Origin: an uncultured Eubacteriales bacterium
Lineage (GTDB): Bacteria > Bacillota > Clostridia > Oscillospirales > CAG-382
NCBI GenBank assembly: GCA_934479825.1
Contig: CAKSOW010000003.1
Span: 64,604-128,603 of the forward strand
Direction: 5' to 3'
Length of the DNA: 64,000 nt
Under the pieces are notes generated by a model, which was not told the origin of the DNA, did no database searches, and saw nothing but the letters and a program-made list of their open reading frames with translations. A program made the position numbers and the translations under genes. Within the stretch, counting starts at the first letter, position 1. The number at the start of each line of letters is the position of its first letter. Shown piece by piece: positions 18,168 to 28,368 of this stretch.

Positions 18168-20777
18168 TTGCCGTATACGCCCATGATGCTCCAATACTTT
18201 GACATCAAAAATCAATATAAAGACCATTTGTTATTCTATCGGCTCGGCGACTTTTACGAGATGTTTTTTGACGACGCGAAAACAGCATCGCGCGAATTGG
18301 ATCTGACGCTCACCGGCCGCGACTGCGGCATGCCGGAAAGAGCCCCGATGTGCGGCGTGCCGTTTCACAGCGCTGACAGTTATATTGCGCGTCTTGTTGC
18401 CAAAGGCTACAAAATCGCCATCTGCGAGCAGACCGAAGACCCGGCCTTGGCAAAAGGACTTGTCAAGCGCGAGGTCATCCGGGTCATCACACCCGGCACT
18501 GTGACCGAAAGCGGAATGTTGAACGAGGGAAAGAACAATTATCTGTGCGCCGTCTTTTTTGCCGGGGCAAGCGCCGGGCTTTGCTTTGCCGACATTTCTA
18601 CGGCCAAGGTATGCGCCACGCAGATCACCGATGGCAACATTACCGACAAGATCTGTTCGGAACTTGCCGCGTTTGCGCCCAAAGAGATCCTTTCGAGCGC
18701 CGACCGCATGGATTACCCCGAAATTTACACGTTTGCCAAAGACCGGCTTGGTGCGTTCTTTGACGACACCCGAAACGAACTGTTTGAAAACGGCAGCTTT
18801 TCCGAGCTGGAAACACGTTTTGGAAAAGAAGTATTTGAGTCCCACAGCTTAGGCGCCGGAAGTCCGGCGGTTTTAGCGCTTGACGCGCTCATCCGCTACA
18901 TCCGCGAGACCCAAAAAGTCGATCTTGCCTATATCAATTCGCTGGAATATTATACAAATGAACTCTATCTCGGTTTAGACGTGAACACGCGCCGCAGTCT
19001 GGAACTTTGCGAGACACTGCGCACCAAGGAAAAGCGTGGCACGCTGCTTTGGGTGCTCGACCGCACCAAGACGGCCATGGGCGCCAGACTTCTTCGCAAA
19101 TGGATCGAACAGCCTCTTGTTTCGGTCGGCGCTATCTTAAACCGTCAACAAGCCGTTTCCGAATTGGTAGACAGTTATATTGAAAAAGAAGAATTGCAGA
19201 ACCTGTTGAGCTCAGTCGGCGACATGGAGCGTCTGATGACCAAAATCGTCTACAACACAGCCGGCGGCAAAGATATGCGCGCGCTGTATCAGACCATTTC
19301 GGTACTTGCACCGGTCAAGCAACAGTTAAAGGGCATGGTTTCCCCGGAGCTTGCAAGACTGCGCGACGAATTGGATGTGCTTTCCGACATCGGCGATTAT
19401 ATCGACCGCGCCATTGTGGAAGATCCGCCGTTTTCGGTTCGTGAGGGCGGTTTCATTCAAAGGGGATTTTCACCGGAGATCGACGAGTTAAACGCCATAC
19501 AGACTGACGGAAAAAGCTGGATTGCCAGTGTGGAGCAGTCGGAACGGGAATTGACCGGTATCAAGGGCTTGAAGATCGGCTACAACCGTGTATTCGGCTA
19601 TTACATTGAAGTGACCAATTCCTATAAAAATCAGGTACCCGACCGTTACATACGCAAGCAGACCCTAACGGGCTGCGAACGTTACATCACGCAGGAATTA
19701 AAGGATATGGAGGCCAAGATTCTGGGAGCAAAAGACAAGGTCTGCGCACTTGAATACGAGGAATTCCAGAAACTGCGCGAATTTATTGCCGGAAATGTGT
19801 TGCGTGTACAGAAAGCGGCGGATATCTTATCCAAGCTTGACGTATACATTTCCCTTGCGGATGTTGCCGGACGGAACAATTATGTCTGCCCGGAGGTGGA
19901 CGCTTCCGATTCGATTCTCATAAAGGACGGCCGCCATCCGGTGGTGGAAAAGTTCTTGAAGAACGAGATGTTTGTTCCCAACGATGTGAATCTGAACGAA
20001 AATGAGCGGCTTATGCTCATAACCGGCCCGAATATGGCCGGTAAATCCACCTACATGCGTCAGACGGCTCTTATCATTCTCATGGCGCAGATCGGTTCGT
20101 TCGTTCCGGCATCAAGCGCCAAGATCGGCGTTGTGGACAAGCTTTTCACCCGTATCGGCGCGTCGGACGACCTTGCGGCCGGTCAATCGACTTTCATGCT
20201 TGAAATGACCGAATGCGCCTACATATTAAAAAACGCCACCTCGCGCAGTTTTATCATCTATGATGAGATCGGGCGCGGTACATCGACCTATGACGGCATG
20301 AGTATCGCACGCGCCATTATTGAATATACTGTCAGCAAGAAGCTATATGCCAAAACCATGTTTGCGACACACTACCACGAACTGACGGAATTGGAGGATC
20401 TTTGCCGCGGCGTTGTCAATTACAACATTGTTGCGAAAAAACGCGGCGATGAGCTGATCTTCTTGCGGAAGATCGTGCGCGGTGCGGCCGATGAAAGCTA
20501 CGGTATCGAAGTGGCAAAGCTTGCCGGAGTGCCGGATGAGGTAGTACGCCGTGCGGATAAGATCTTAGCCAACATCGACGAGCATGCGCCGGTCGATCCG
20601 AAAAAGAATCTCATGCCGAAAAAAGAAGAGGCCGGTGCGATGACGTTAGGGCTTGAAACCATGCTGTATGAAGAAGTCTGCGAGGCTATCAAGAAATTAG
20701 ACGTCAACACGCTGACGCCGATTGAGGCATTAGGCAAATTATATGAAATGAAAAAAAGTCTGGAAGGCGCAAAGTAG
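18168..20777 (+). CDS. mutS: DNA mismatch repair protein MutS
   Basis: TPMMLQYFDIK N-terminus, Walker A GPNMAGKST, STFMLEM, DEIGRGTSTYDG. The ORF opens at 18159 (GTG). TTG at 18168 has better spacing from the AAAGGGG RBS. Confidence 0.9.
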   Translation: MPYTPMMLQYFDIKNQYKDHLLFYRLGDFYEMFFDDAKTASRELDLTLTGRDCGMPERAPMCGVPFHSADSYIARLVAKGYKIAICEQTEDPALAKGLVKREVIRVITPGTVTESGMLNEGKNNYLCAVFFAGASAGLCFADISTAKVCATQITDGNITDKICSELAAFAPKEILSSADRMDYPEIYTFAKDRLGAFFDDTRNELFENGSFSELETRFGKEVFESHSLGAGSPAVLALDALIRYIRETQKVDLAYINSLEYYTNELYLGLDVNTRRSLELCETLRTKEKRGTLLWVLDRTKTAMGARLLRKWIEQPLVSVGAILNRQQAVSELVDSYIEKEELQNLLSSVGDMERLMTKIVYNTAGGKDMRALYQTISVLAPVKQQLKGMVSPELARLRDELDVLSDIGDYIDRAIVEDPPFSVREGGFIQRGFSPEIDELNAIQTDGKSWIASVEQSERELTGIKGLKIGYNRVFGYYIEVTNSYKNQVPDRYIRKQTLTGCERYITQELKDMEAKILGAKDKVCALEYEEFQKLREFIAGNVLRVQKAADILSKLDVYISLADVAGRNNYVCPEVDASDSILIKDGRHPVVEKFLKNEMFVPNDVNLNENERLMLITGPNMAGKSTYMRQTALIILMAQIGSFVPASSAKIGVVDKLFTRIGASDDLAAGQSTFMLEMTECAYILKNATSRSFIIYDEIGRGTSTYDGMSIARAIIEYTVSKKLYAKTMFATHYHELTELEDLCRGVVNYNIVAKKRGDELIFLRKIVRGAADESYGIEVAKLAGVPDEVVRRADKILANIDEHAPVDPKKNLMPKKEEAGAMTLGLETMLYEEVCEAIKKLDVNTLTPIEALGKLYEMKKSLEGAK

Positions 20778-21002
20778 CCATTCGGATTTTTAATAAAACC
20801 AAACGATAAAGGGGGAAGACAAGTGGATATTCCGGGGCGAAGTAGACACGGACAGAGCATATCGCGGCAAGACGCTTGTCTTTTTCCGCGTTCCCTGTTT
20901 TCAAAGACGCGGCGCATAAGCTGATTTTTTTCAAGACAGCGCGCCGTGCAGTCCCGTTCTGCTTTCCTGTACGCATCATACATAAGGAAAGGACGGAGAA
21001 AC

Positions 21003-22379
21003 ATGACCAACGAGCTTGAAGTAAATGAGCTTATCGAACAGCTTGAAGAGCTGCTCGAACAAAAGAACTTCCGCGCCATGAAGCCGATTTTGGAGGAACT
21101 TCCGGCAGCGGACATTGCTGAGTTTTTGGAGGAACTGACGGTTGACCGCGCTATGCCGGTCTTCCGGTCATTGCCCAAGGAAACGGCTGTCGAGGTTTTC
21201 AGCTATTTTGAGCCGGAGACCCAGGAAAAATTCATCACTTCGATTACCGATGAAGAAATCGGGCGTATCGTCGAAGAACTAAGCGTAGACGACGCGGTGG
21301 ATATGTTGGAGGAACTGCCGGCAACCATCGTAAAAAAGGTATTAAAAAACGCAAGCGCCGCCACGCGCAAGACTATCAATCAGTTTTTGAACTACCCTGA
21401 GAATTCGGTCGGAAGCATTATGACTGCCGAATTTACCGACATCAAAGGGGACATGACTGTCGGAGACGCGATACGTTATCTGCGCAGTGTTTCCGACAAT
21501 AAAGAGACCATTTACACCTGTTACATCATCAGCCCATCCAGAGAGTTGGAGGGAGTGGTTGAACTTTGCGACATCCTTGCCTGCAAAGACGACAACACGC
21601 TCATTTCCGACATCATGGAAACCGGCGTAGTCAAGGCTGTCACCACCGAGGACAGAGAAGCGGCGGCCGGATTATTCTCAAAATACGATCTGAACACGTT
21701 GCCGGTGGTAGACACGGAAAACCGGTTAGTCGGCATTGTCACGGTTGACGATATCGTGGACGTTATCGAAGAAGAGGCGACCAAGGACATTGAGCAAATG
21801 GCCGCTATGGAACCGCTTGAAACGCCGTATTTAAAAACCGGTGTATTTACGATCGTGCGCAAGCGCATTGTATGGCTGCTCATCTTAATGGTTGCCGGAA
21901 CGATAACCGGCACGATTTTAGGAAAATTTGAAGAGGCCATTGCTGCAATTCCGTTGCTTGTCACGTTTATGCCGATGATTTTCGACACCGGCGGAAATTC
22001 CGGTTCGCAAGCCAGCACCACGGTCATCCGCGGTCTTACGACGGGTGAATTGGAATGCAGTGACGCGCCGAAGATTCTTTGGAAAGAGCTTCGTGTTTCG
22101 GTTGTGGTAGGCGTTTTATTTGCCGCCATCAATTTTTTGCGTGTCGTGCTTTTGACAAGCGATCCGGATAAGGTTTTAATTGCGCTTGTGGTTTCGCTTG
22201 CGATGTTATTCACCATTGTCATTGCGAAATCCTTAGGGTCGGTACTGCCGATTCTTGCCAAGAAGCTGAATTTTGACCCGGCTGTCATGGCGGCGCCCTT
22301 AATTACGACGCTTGTGGACGTATGTGCGATGCTTGTCTATTTTGGACTTGCCATCAAGTTACTGTCATTCCGGCTATAA
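21003..22379 (+). CDS. mgtE: Magnesium transporter MgtE
   Basis: MgtE N-domain, two CBS domains and the TM domain with the PMIFDTGGNSGSQAST signature. The ATG at 21003 is preceded by AAGGAAAGGA. Confidence 0.9.
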   Translation: MTNELEVNELIEQLEELLEQKNFRAMKPILEELPAADIAEFLEELTVDRAMPVFRSLPKETAVEVFSYFEPETQEKFITSITDEEIGRIVEELSVDDAVDMLEELPATIVKKVLKNASAATRKTINQFLNYPENSVGSIMTAEFTDIKGDMTVGDAIRYLRSVSDNKETIYTCYIISPSRELEGVVELCDILACKDDNTLISDIMETGVVKAVTTEDREAAAGLFSKYDLNTLPVVDTENRLVGIVTVDDIVDVIEEEATKDIEQMAAMEPLETPYLKTGVFTIVRKRIVWLLILMVAGTITGTILGKFEEAIAAIPLLVTFMPMIFDTGGNSGSQASTTVIRGLTTGELECSDAPKILWKELRVSVVVGVLFAAINFLRVVLLTSDPDKVLIALVVSLAMLFTIVIAKSLGSVLPILAKKLNFDPAVMAAPLITTLVDVCAMLVYFGLAIKLLSFRL

Positions 22380-22402
22380 GAATTTTTCTCCCGCGGGAGA
22401 TA

Positions 22403-22436
22403 GGCGGCTCCGAGCATTCGGAGCCGCCTTTTTATA
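22403..22436 (+). terminator. Intrinsic terminator of mgtE
   Basis: GGCGGCTCCGA-GCAT-TCGGAGCCGCC followed by TTTTTATATTTTT. Confidence 0.85.
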
Positions 22437-22540
22437 TTTTTGAAAAATGTGAAAAGGGGCGGTTTTACGTTCTTTTTGCTTCTGCAAAAAGAACCAAAAA
22501 GCAGCCGCGAGGGTTGCGACCCTCCCGACTCCCGGGGAGC

Positions 22541-23371
22541 GGTTCAAAACCCGTGCGGTGGGAGTATAGGCAAAATTTGAAATGTTCAGCACATTAAGAT
22601 TTTTTGCGAAAAATTTTTAGTGCCACAAAACGCACGGCCATGTTTTGAACCGGCGCGAACCGCGAATTTTCATCAGACGCTCGGACGCGTCAAAAGTTGC
22701 CGGTGGCAAGTTTTGGCGTGTCGGAGACCGCCGAAACAGGGAGTATTGTGAGCGGACGCGAACAAGACGACCATGTTTCAAGGAGACTATCGCTAAATAT
22801 CTGTATTTTGATTTAGGTCGGTTAGTGCTGGGGCTTGACGCCGCAAACGGTCGATGAAAAGGAAAGTTGCACGTTATCTTTGTTGCGGTGAAAAGGGGAC
22901 ACTGGCGTGGATTGATAGACAGTTTGGTGCAAAGCCATAGCTTTGGGGTGCACCAAAGCTATGTGGGCAGGTAATATTTTTAGACTTTGCCAAAACGCTT
23001 TTATGCGCAGAAAATTTGAAGTTATACAGTTCTGTCCGAAACTATTTGTTTTCCGAAAAGATTTCTTTCTGTTCGCCACAAAACAACTTCCTACCCAACC
23101 TTCTCTTTTTCGCAAAACCGGAATCTGCTCTCGCCCTCCCCCTCCCACCAAACTCCCCCTTTTTCGGAAACACATAACCTACTGTCCACCCAAATCAAAA
23201 CTTGCCTTTTCATAAATACCTACAAATCCTTGCGCAGTAAAGTACGCGTCTCGCACCGGTTCAAAATACTCCGAGCTGTATGGCACAAGGTTGCAAATTC
23301 TCGTAAAAATCCTTGATAGCTACATAACTTGCGACTTAATCAAAAATTTGCCGCTCGGAATTTTGAACCGG
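22541..23371 (+). repeat. Copy A of an interspersed non-coding element bounded by inverted hairpin modules (22541-22653 and 23256-23371)
   Basis: Homologous by eye over most of its length to 58550-59266 (same orientation) and 46050-46782 (opposite orientation). There is no long ORF. The flanks (about 22452-23563) are chains of short palindromes. Confidence 0.8.
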
Positions 23372-23533
23372 GGTCGCAGGGCGGAGCCCCGCGTGCTTTT
23401 TGGTTACTTTTTGCACGCCGCAAAAAGTAACTGAAAACCGTCCCTTACCTGCTTTTCGCGAAACGAAAAGCACTCTTCCCAGGTTTTTCCGAAAAAGAAA
23501 AGCCTGCCCTTTTGTTACTTTTCGGAAAAGTAA

Positions 23534-23563
23534 GGCTCCCGAAAGCAAATGCTTTCGGGAGCC
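23534..23563 (-). terminator. Hairpin terminator downstream of the SLH surface-protein gene (looks bidirectional)
   Basis: GGCTCCCGAAAGC-AAAT-GCTTTCGGGAGCC with T-rich sequence on both strands, 18 nt beyond the stop at 23581. Confidence 0.7.
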
Positions 23564-23580
23564 TCTTTGTTTATTTCAGA

Positions 23581-26500
23581 TTACTGAAAACGAATCCAGT
23601 CGATCCAGAATTCACCCGGAACATTATTGAACGGGTCAATACGGAGTCCCGATATCGTTCCTGTCCAATCGGCATTGGACGAAAGGTCGAACGAATACTC
23701 AATATATTCGCCGTTTGAGGTCTGCTCTAACTCAGCACGGTAAGTACGTCCTTCGGAAAGGCCGCCTGCGCTTGATTGGAAGTAAACCACAAGCTGGAAT
23801 TCGCCCTTGTTCTCGTCGGTCTTTTCAGCCTGAATCTCATGTTTCATGCGAATTTTCAAGGTCTTATAACGGTTTGCGTCAATCGAAAGCACCGGAGAGG
23901 TGAGAGCCGGGTCATAACGACCGCCCCAGCCGCCTTTCTGATCCATGTCGTTTCCGTAGAAATTGCCGTCAACAACCGTTGCCGTCGCGTTTCCGAGCGT
24001 CCAACCCTCACCGTCGCCGGTAAGATTGAATTCCCACTCATTGGCCACACGGGAAGAAATCGCCTCATAGACTTCGTCGCTGAATGTGATAACGTTAAAC
24101 AGTTTCACGCCGTTTTCATCCGTCTTGGTTTCGGTCTTATAGCCGAACGTATCGACAATAAAGTGAAGCGGAACCATGGGAATGCCGTCTTCGAGATACG
24201 GTGCATAGTTCACCGAAACCGGTTCGCCGTTGACTGTGATCTTCTTGGAGCCCATGGTAAACACAATCTGCTTGCCATTTTTGGTGAGCGTCAGCTTCTT
24301 GTTGACTTTATCCCACGTGTACGCGCAAGAGAAACGATAGCCAATACCGGTATCCGGATAGAACGGAATCAGTCTATCGCCGTCCACGTCAACCGGAGAG
24401 TAATCAAATTTCACTTCTTCGCCGTTGAGAAGGAACTTTTCAGTCACCGCGTCGCCCAAGAACTGAACTTTTTCCGCACGGAACGAATTCTGAGAGGTAA
24501 TCGGGTCAATACGGAGCGCCGTAATCGTGCCGGTCCAGGTTGCAAGCGACGACATATTGATGACAACCGGGTTCATTCCCTCTTGGGTAATCTTCGCGGA
24601 AGCACCCTTGTCAGCCGTCCAGCTCTGGCTCTTATCCGTCTGGAAGTAGACCTCGACGCTGTTGCCGACCGGTCCGTCTACCCAAACCTTGAGCTGCTTG
24701 ACGTCTGCTGCCTTGAATTGCGGTGCAGTGCCCGGACGGTGGAGAATCGGGTCGGTATTGGTAGCCGTACCGACGATGATATCGCCCTCCGCTTCGGTGG
24801 TGCAGTTGCTGCCGTGCCAAAGCGTTTCGCCGTTTTCAGCAAACTTTTCTTCGTAAATGACTTTTGTGGCTTCCGGGGCCTTGTAGTATCCCTGCGGACG
24901 GATAATCTCGCGGTTTAACGGATACATATGTCCCAAACGCGACATTTGCAGTGTATCCGGTCTTTCATCGGTGTGATTCGGTTCTTTGGTGAATACCTTG
25001 CGGACAGTATCGAGATAACCAAAGCCGTTGAGGCCGGCCGGCATCATATACGTACCTTCGCCGTATTCGTTCCAGGTGGAAAGCATGACGAACTTCTTTT
25101 TCCATTCGTCGCCGTTTCCGGTGATATCATATTTGTCTAATGCCGAATCACGGATCCAGGTAAGAACCTGTTCCATGTTTTCGGTGGTAAGAAGCGGATA
25201 ACGGGTATAAGCCCAGGCAATGTTGTTGAAACCGGTGGAAACGGTCGGAACATTATGCATAATACCGTAGCCGTTCTTCTGCTGGTCAGCTATCTTTTCC
25301 TGGTTCCAGACTGCGCTGGACGCCGCATTGCCCCAGTTATAGGCATGAACCGCGTCGATGCCCATGTTGGCAAGCTTTTGAAGCTGTGCGGTATTGGCCG
25401 AACCCTCGCAAGCCATGATGATGATATCGTCATAGCCCATTTCCTTAACGCGCGAACGCAGGTAATCAAACGCTTCCTTGACGCCAGCCTCTGTGCCGCC
25501 GAAAGAATCCTTTAATTTGTCTGCGCCGAAAATAGACATGACCGGCTTGTTATCGATAATCATATAACGCGGATCCGAGAAGAAATACTCAACCCAGAAA
25601 TCGACAAAACGTCCCTTGAAGTCATCCAGATTTTCCGGTCTTGTGCCGTTGGCCGCTTCCCAAAGAAGGGCAAACTTGCCGTATTTTTCACTGTATTTTG
25701 CGTTCATGAAGCCCTCAAAGAGCGCTTTCGGCGTTGAGCCGTAGAAAGACTTAAAGGGCGCGTCGCTCGAATGGTACCAGCAGATAAGCTGGAAGTCCAC
25801 ACCGTGTTCCGCCATAAACTTGATTTCCCAGTCGGCGACTTCCGGCAGTCCTTCGTCATACCAGCCTAAAACCGGCTTGTTTTCGTCATACGGCGAAATG
25901 TTGTCCCAGCCCCAGTGGTGACCGTTTCTCCACAGGTTGCAGACATTGATACCGATAAAGTAATCGTCTGCGCCTGCCGGAACTTTCGGTTCAGAGGGAT
26001 AGTTATCATAATCGGGAATCTTCTCAACGATGATATCGTCCAGTTTCAGCGTCTTACCGCCGTTGTTTTCGGAGGCAATATACAAACCGTCAAGCGTAGA
26101 AGCGGCAGCCGCAAACGGAATATCCTTTGCAATGGTCTTACCGCTGACCTTGATGGTAGCTGTCTGCGTTGCCGTATCGGCATACAGACGAACCATATAC
26201 CACATGTAATTCGAGTAGCTGCGAAGTTCCTTGCCGTTGGCGTACATCTTGCCGTCCTTGGTAGTAAAGGAAACGATCGGCGTGCCGCCCGAGGTAAGAG
26301 CATACGTAAAGCCGTCTGCCATTTCCGGGTAAAGCAGGATGAGCTCCGTGCTGATATTCCCGCTCACTGCCTTAAAGGACTTGGACATGGAAGCCTTTCC
26401 GGTGTTGCCTTTAAAGACAAATTCGCCGCCGGATACTTCGACCGTCATATCGCCGGTCTGCTCCACTGTCCAAGAGTCGGGAATGACTTTGGTACGTGCG

Positions 26501-28263
26501 GAATCGTTGACAAGGTAGTTGCAATACATACGAAGCGGATAAACCGCGGTGTCCATAACCGCTTCGTCGGTTGTTCCGGTGCGGAACACGGCAATATCAA
26601 CCGCCGCGCCGGTGGCAAAACCGAATGTGCCGCAATTCTTGCCGTCAAGCTCAATGCGGTTGGTTCTTGCCGCAAGGTCAGTATCGATGCGGATAATGGT
26701 GGGCTTGCCGAGCGTCGGTTTTACGCCGACCGGCTTTTCTTCCCCCTTATCGAGAACATAAAATTCACCGTTCTTGGTAAAGAGTTTGTAAGCCTCCGTT
26801 CCGGATGTGCCGAGCGTTTCCATGTACCAGCCGTCGATAAACGAGTTGAACGTAACGCCGAATTCGGTCGTTACAACGCCTGCGTCCTGAACGGTGAGCG
26901 TGCGGGTAAGCGTTACCGGTTCGGTCGTGCTGATATCGGAAAGCGAATAAGGCGGTTCGTCACTTGTTTTGCCGGCGCCGCCGCGGTTATCGAAATCCCA
27001 GCCGGACTGCAACGTCGTCTTGACGCTGTTACGGGTGGAATAACCGCTGTCGTCAGCAATCCAATACGCACTTTCGGGATTGACCTTGACGGTAAGGTCT
27101 TTATCCAAGCGATGCGCTTTATCGGCAATACGGTCGGCAATGGCCGCAACCTCGCTGCGCGTGATATTGGAATCGGGGTTAAACGTTCCGTAAATATCGT
27201 TACCCATGCAGATACCGGCGTTATAGAACATCAAAACGGCCTTTGCATACGCCGCATCAGACGAAATATCCGGAATGTGGGTGACATAATTCAGAGTTTC
27301 AAAGCATTCTTCGGGAAGAGCCGCCGCAAAGAGCGACACCATTTCGTGACGCTTGATAGCGCAGTCAAAGCTGTCAAACATGCCGTCGGTCAAGAACCCC
27401 TCTTTCTTGGCGTAGTTGACATAATTTGTATACCATGCGGCTCCGTCAGCCGATTTCAGATTTGCAGCTTCGCCGTCACCCTTAACGGTTGAGTGCATTC
27501 TCGAAGCAAGCGTAACCGCCTCGGCCACCGTCATCGTCCCCTCGGGGTTGTAGGTGGTCGCGCTGTCGCCGTTGACAAGAGCAAATTCATATGCGCCGGA
27601 AACAGCGTCATAGAACCAGTCTTTTACGGTAACATCCGAAAAAGCGTCGGTATAAGTACGGCTCTTGGCAAATTTCGACGGGATAACCGTTTTTTCCTTG
27701 GCCGGGATATCCTTGATCTTTTCCGCGTCGGTCAGCGTAATGCGCTTGATCGGCTGTCCTTCGACAAAGCGGATATTCTTGATCTGCGCCTTGCCGGTCA
27801 GATCGCTGAACGAATAGAAGATACCGGTGACCTTGCCTGTCCAATCGCCGTTGGTAGCCATATCAAAAGTATATTCTACAAAACCGTCGGATTTTTCCTG
27901 TAAAGTGACGCTGATCTTCTTGCTCTCGGAAAAAGCCGGAGCGTCCGTGGTACGGAAATAGAAACCATGTGAGGTTTTGTTTTTGCCCAGCGGCGAAACC
28001 TCAGACTTGACTTCCATTTTGATGTAACGGTAGACGTTTGCATCCACGTCCACGCCCGGGAAAAAGATGGCCGGGGATTCGTTTTTCTCGTTCAAGCCCT
28101 GGATATCTAAATCCAGAACCCCGTCTGTAACGGTTGCGTTAATACCGCGGAACGATAATTTGTCGTTCAACGGTACACTGATGTCGTCTGCCGCAAACGC
28201 CGCGACGGCAAACACCGTCAAAAGCGCCAACACACAGGCGAACAAGGCTGTTCTTTTTTTCAT
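23581..28263 (-). CDS. Large secreted cell-surface protein: signal peptide, SLH domains, WbsX-like glycan-active domain, copper-amine-oxidase-N-like domain, three copies of a roughly 150-aa module
   Basis: Signal peptide MKKRTALFACVLALLTVFAVAAFA. SLH-like segments (FSDVTVKDWFYDAVSGAYEFALVNG; AYAKAVLMFYNAGICMG...ITRSEVAAIADRI). WbsX-like region (YFIGINVCNLWRNGHHWGWDNISPYDENKPVLGWYDE). Stalk-like LLNGEEVKFDYSPV...GIPMVPLHFIVDTFGY. The repeated module ends in WTG-x-[IV]-[TS]. Confidence 0.8.
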   Translation of the reverse strand: MKKRTALFACVLALLTVFAVAAFAADDISVPLNDKLSFRGINATVTDGVLDLDIQGLNEKNESPAIFFPGVDVDANVYRYIKMEVKSEVSPLGKNKTSHGFYFRTTDAPAFSESKKISVTLQEKSDGFVEYTFDMATNGDWTGKVTGIFYSFSDLTGKAQIKNIRFVEGQPIKRITLTDAEKIKDIPAKEKTVIPSKFAKSRTYTDAFSDVTVKDWFYDAVSGAYEFALVNGDSATTYNPEGTMTVAEAVTLASRMHSTVKGDGEAANLKSADGAAWYTNYVNYAKKEGFLTDGMFDSFDCAIKRHEMVSLFAAALPEECFETLNYVTHIPDISSDAAYAKAVLMFYNAGICMGNDIYGTFNPDSNITRSEVAAIADRIADKAHRLDKDLTVKVNPESAYWIADDSGYSTRNSVKTTLQSGWDFDNRGGAGKTSDEPPYSLSDISTTEPVTLTRTLTVQDAGVVTTEFGVTFNSFIDGWYMETLGTSGTEAYKLFTKNGEFYVLDKGEEKPVGVKPTLGKPTIIRIDTDLAARTNRIELDGKNCGTFGFATGAAVDIAVFRTGTTDEAVMDTAVYPLRMYCNYLVNDSARTKVIPDSWTVEQTGDMTVEVSGGEFVFKGNTGKASMSKSFKAVSGNISTELILLYPEMADGFTYALTSGGTPIVSFTTKDGKMYANGKELRSYSNYMWYMVRLYADTATQTATIKVSGKTIAKDIPFAAAASTLDGLYIASENNGGKTLKLDDIIVEKIPDYDNYPSEPKVPAGADDYFIGINVCNLWRNGHHWGWDNISPYDENKPVLGWYDEGLPEVADWEIKFMAEHGVDFQLICWYHSSDAPFKSFYGSTPKALFEGFMNAKYSEKYGKFALLWEAANGTRPENLDDFKGRFVDFWVEYFFSDPRYMIIDNKPVMSIFGADKLKDSFGGTEAGVKEAFDYLRSRVKEMGYDDIIIMACEGSANTAQLQKLANMGIDAVHAYNWGNAASSAVWNQEKIADQQKNGYGIMHNVPTVSTGFNNIAWAYTRYPLLTTENMEQVLTWIRDSALDKYDITGNGDEWKKKFVMLSTWNEYGEGTYMMPAGLNGFGYLDTVRKVFTKEPNHTDERPDTLQMSRLGHMYPLNREIIRPQGYYKAPEATKVIYEEKFAENGETLWHGSNCTTEAEGDIIVGTATNTDPILHRPGTAPQFKAADVKQLKVWVDGPVGNSVEVYFQTDKSQSWTADKGASAKITQEGMNPVVINMSSLATWTGTITALRIDPITSQNSFRAEKVQFLGDAVTEKFLLNGEEVKFDYSPVDVDGDRLIPFYPDTGIGYRFSCAYTWDKVNKKLTLTKNGKQIVFTMGSKKITVNGEPVSVNYAPYLEDGIPMVPLHFIVDTFGYKTETKTDENGVKLFNVITFSDEVYEAISSRVANEWEFNLTGDGEGWTLGNATATVVDGNFYGNDMDQKGGWGGRYDPALTSPVLSIDANRYKTLKIRMKHEIQAEKTDENKGEFQLVVYFQSSAGGLSEGRTYRAELEQTSNGEYIEYSFDLSSNADWTGTISGLRIDPFNNVPGEFWIDWIRFQ

Positions 28264-28339
28264 AAACTTCTCCTTTTGTTCCTTTTATTTTGCGTTCTCC
28301 AAGTTCCGTCAGATTCAAAAAACGCGTAAGGTTTCTTAT

Positions 28340-28368
28340 ATTATAGCAAAAAATCGCGTCTTTGTAAA
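28340..28368 (-). promoter_or_regulatory. Sigma-A promoter for the SLH surface-protein gene
   Basis: Minus strand reads TTTACA, 17 nt, TATAAT, about 75 nt upstream of the ATG at 28263. Confidence 0.55.

Noticed and set aside
20778-21002. Possible M-box (Mg2+) riboswitch upstream of mgtE, as found in many Firmicutes
   Set aside because: The 225-nt leader lacks the conserved M-box landmarks I know (GUUAGGUGAGGCU-type 5' segment, GCUAAAGCUC-type 3' segment). Only weak, non-canonical hairpins are present, including a possible weak mutS terminator at 20866-20885.
20778-21002. mutS is not followed by mutL
   Set aside because: Gene order varies between lineages and mutL can be elsewhere in the genome. 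Nothing in this window indicates loss of mismatch repair.
22541-23371. Integron attC sites or an IS200/IS605-type element as the explanation for the hairpin modules
   Set aside because: The modules are inverted rather than direct, and they lack the RYYYAAC/GTTRRRY core sites. No integrase gene is nearby. No HUH (Y1) transposase or TnpB remnant could be recognised in any frame of the interiors. The resemblance is limited to 'imperfect hairpin with bulges' and element size.
25915-27492. Long antisense ORFs: 525 aa here, and also 23776-24918, 31701-32594, 32765-33700, 21521-22288 and 20498-21178
   Set aside because: All lie fully inside, and opposite to, well-supported genes (SLH protein, MBL hydrolase, ftsK, mgtE, mutS). 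They have Arg/Gly/Ser-rich low-complexity composition, no RBS and no recognisable domains. They are typical shadow ORFs of a moderately GC-rich genome.
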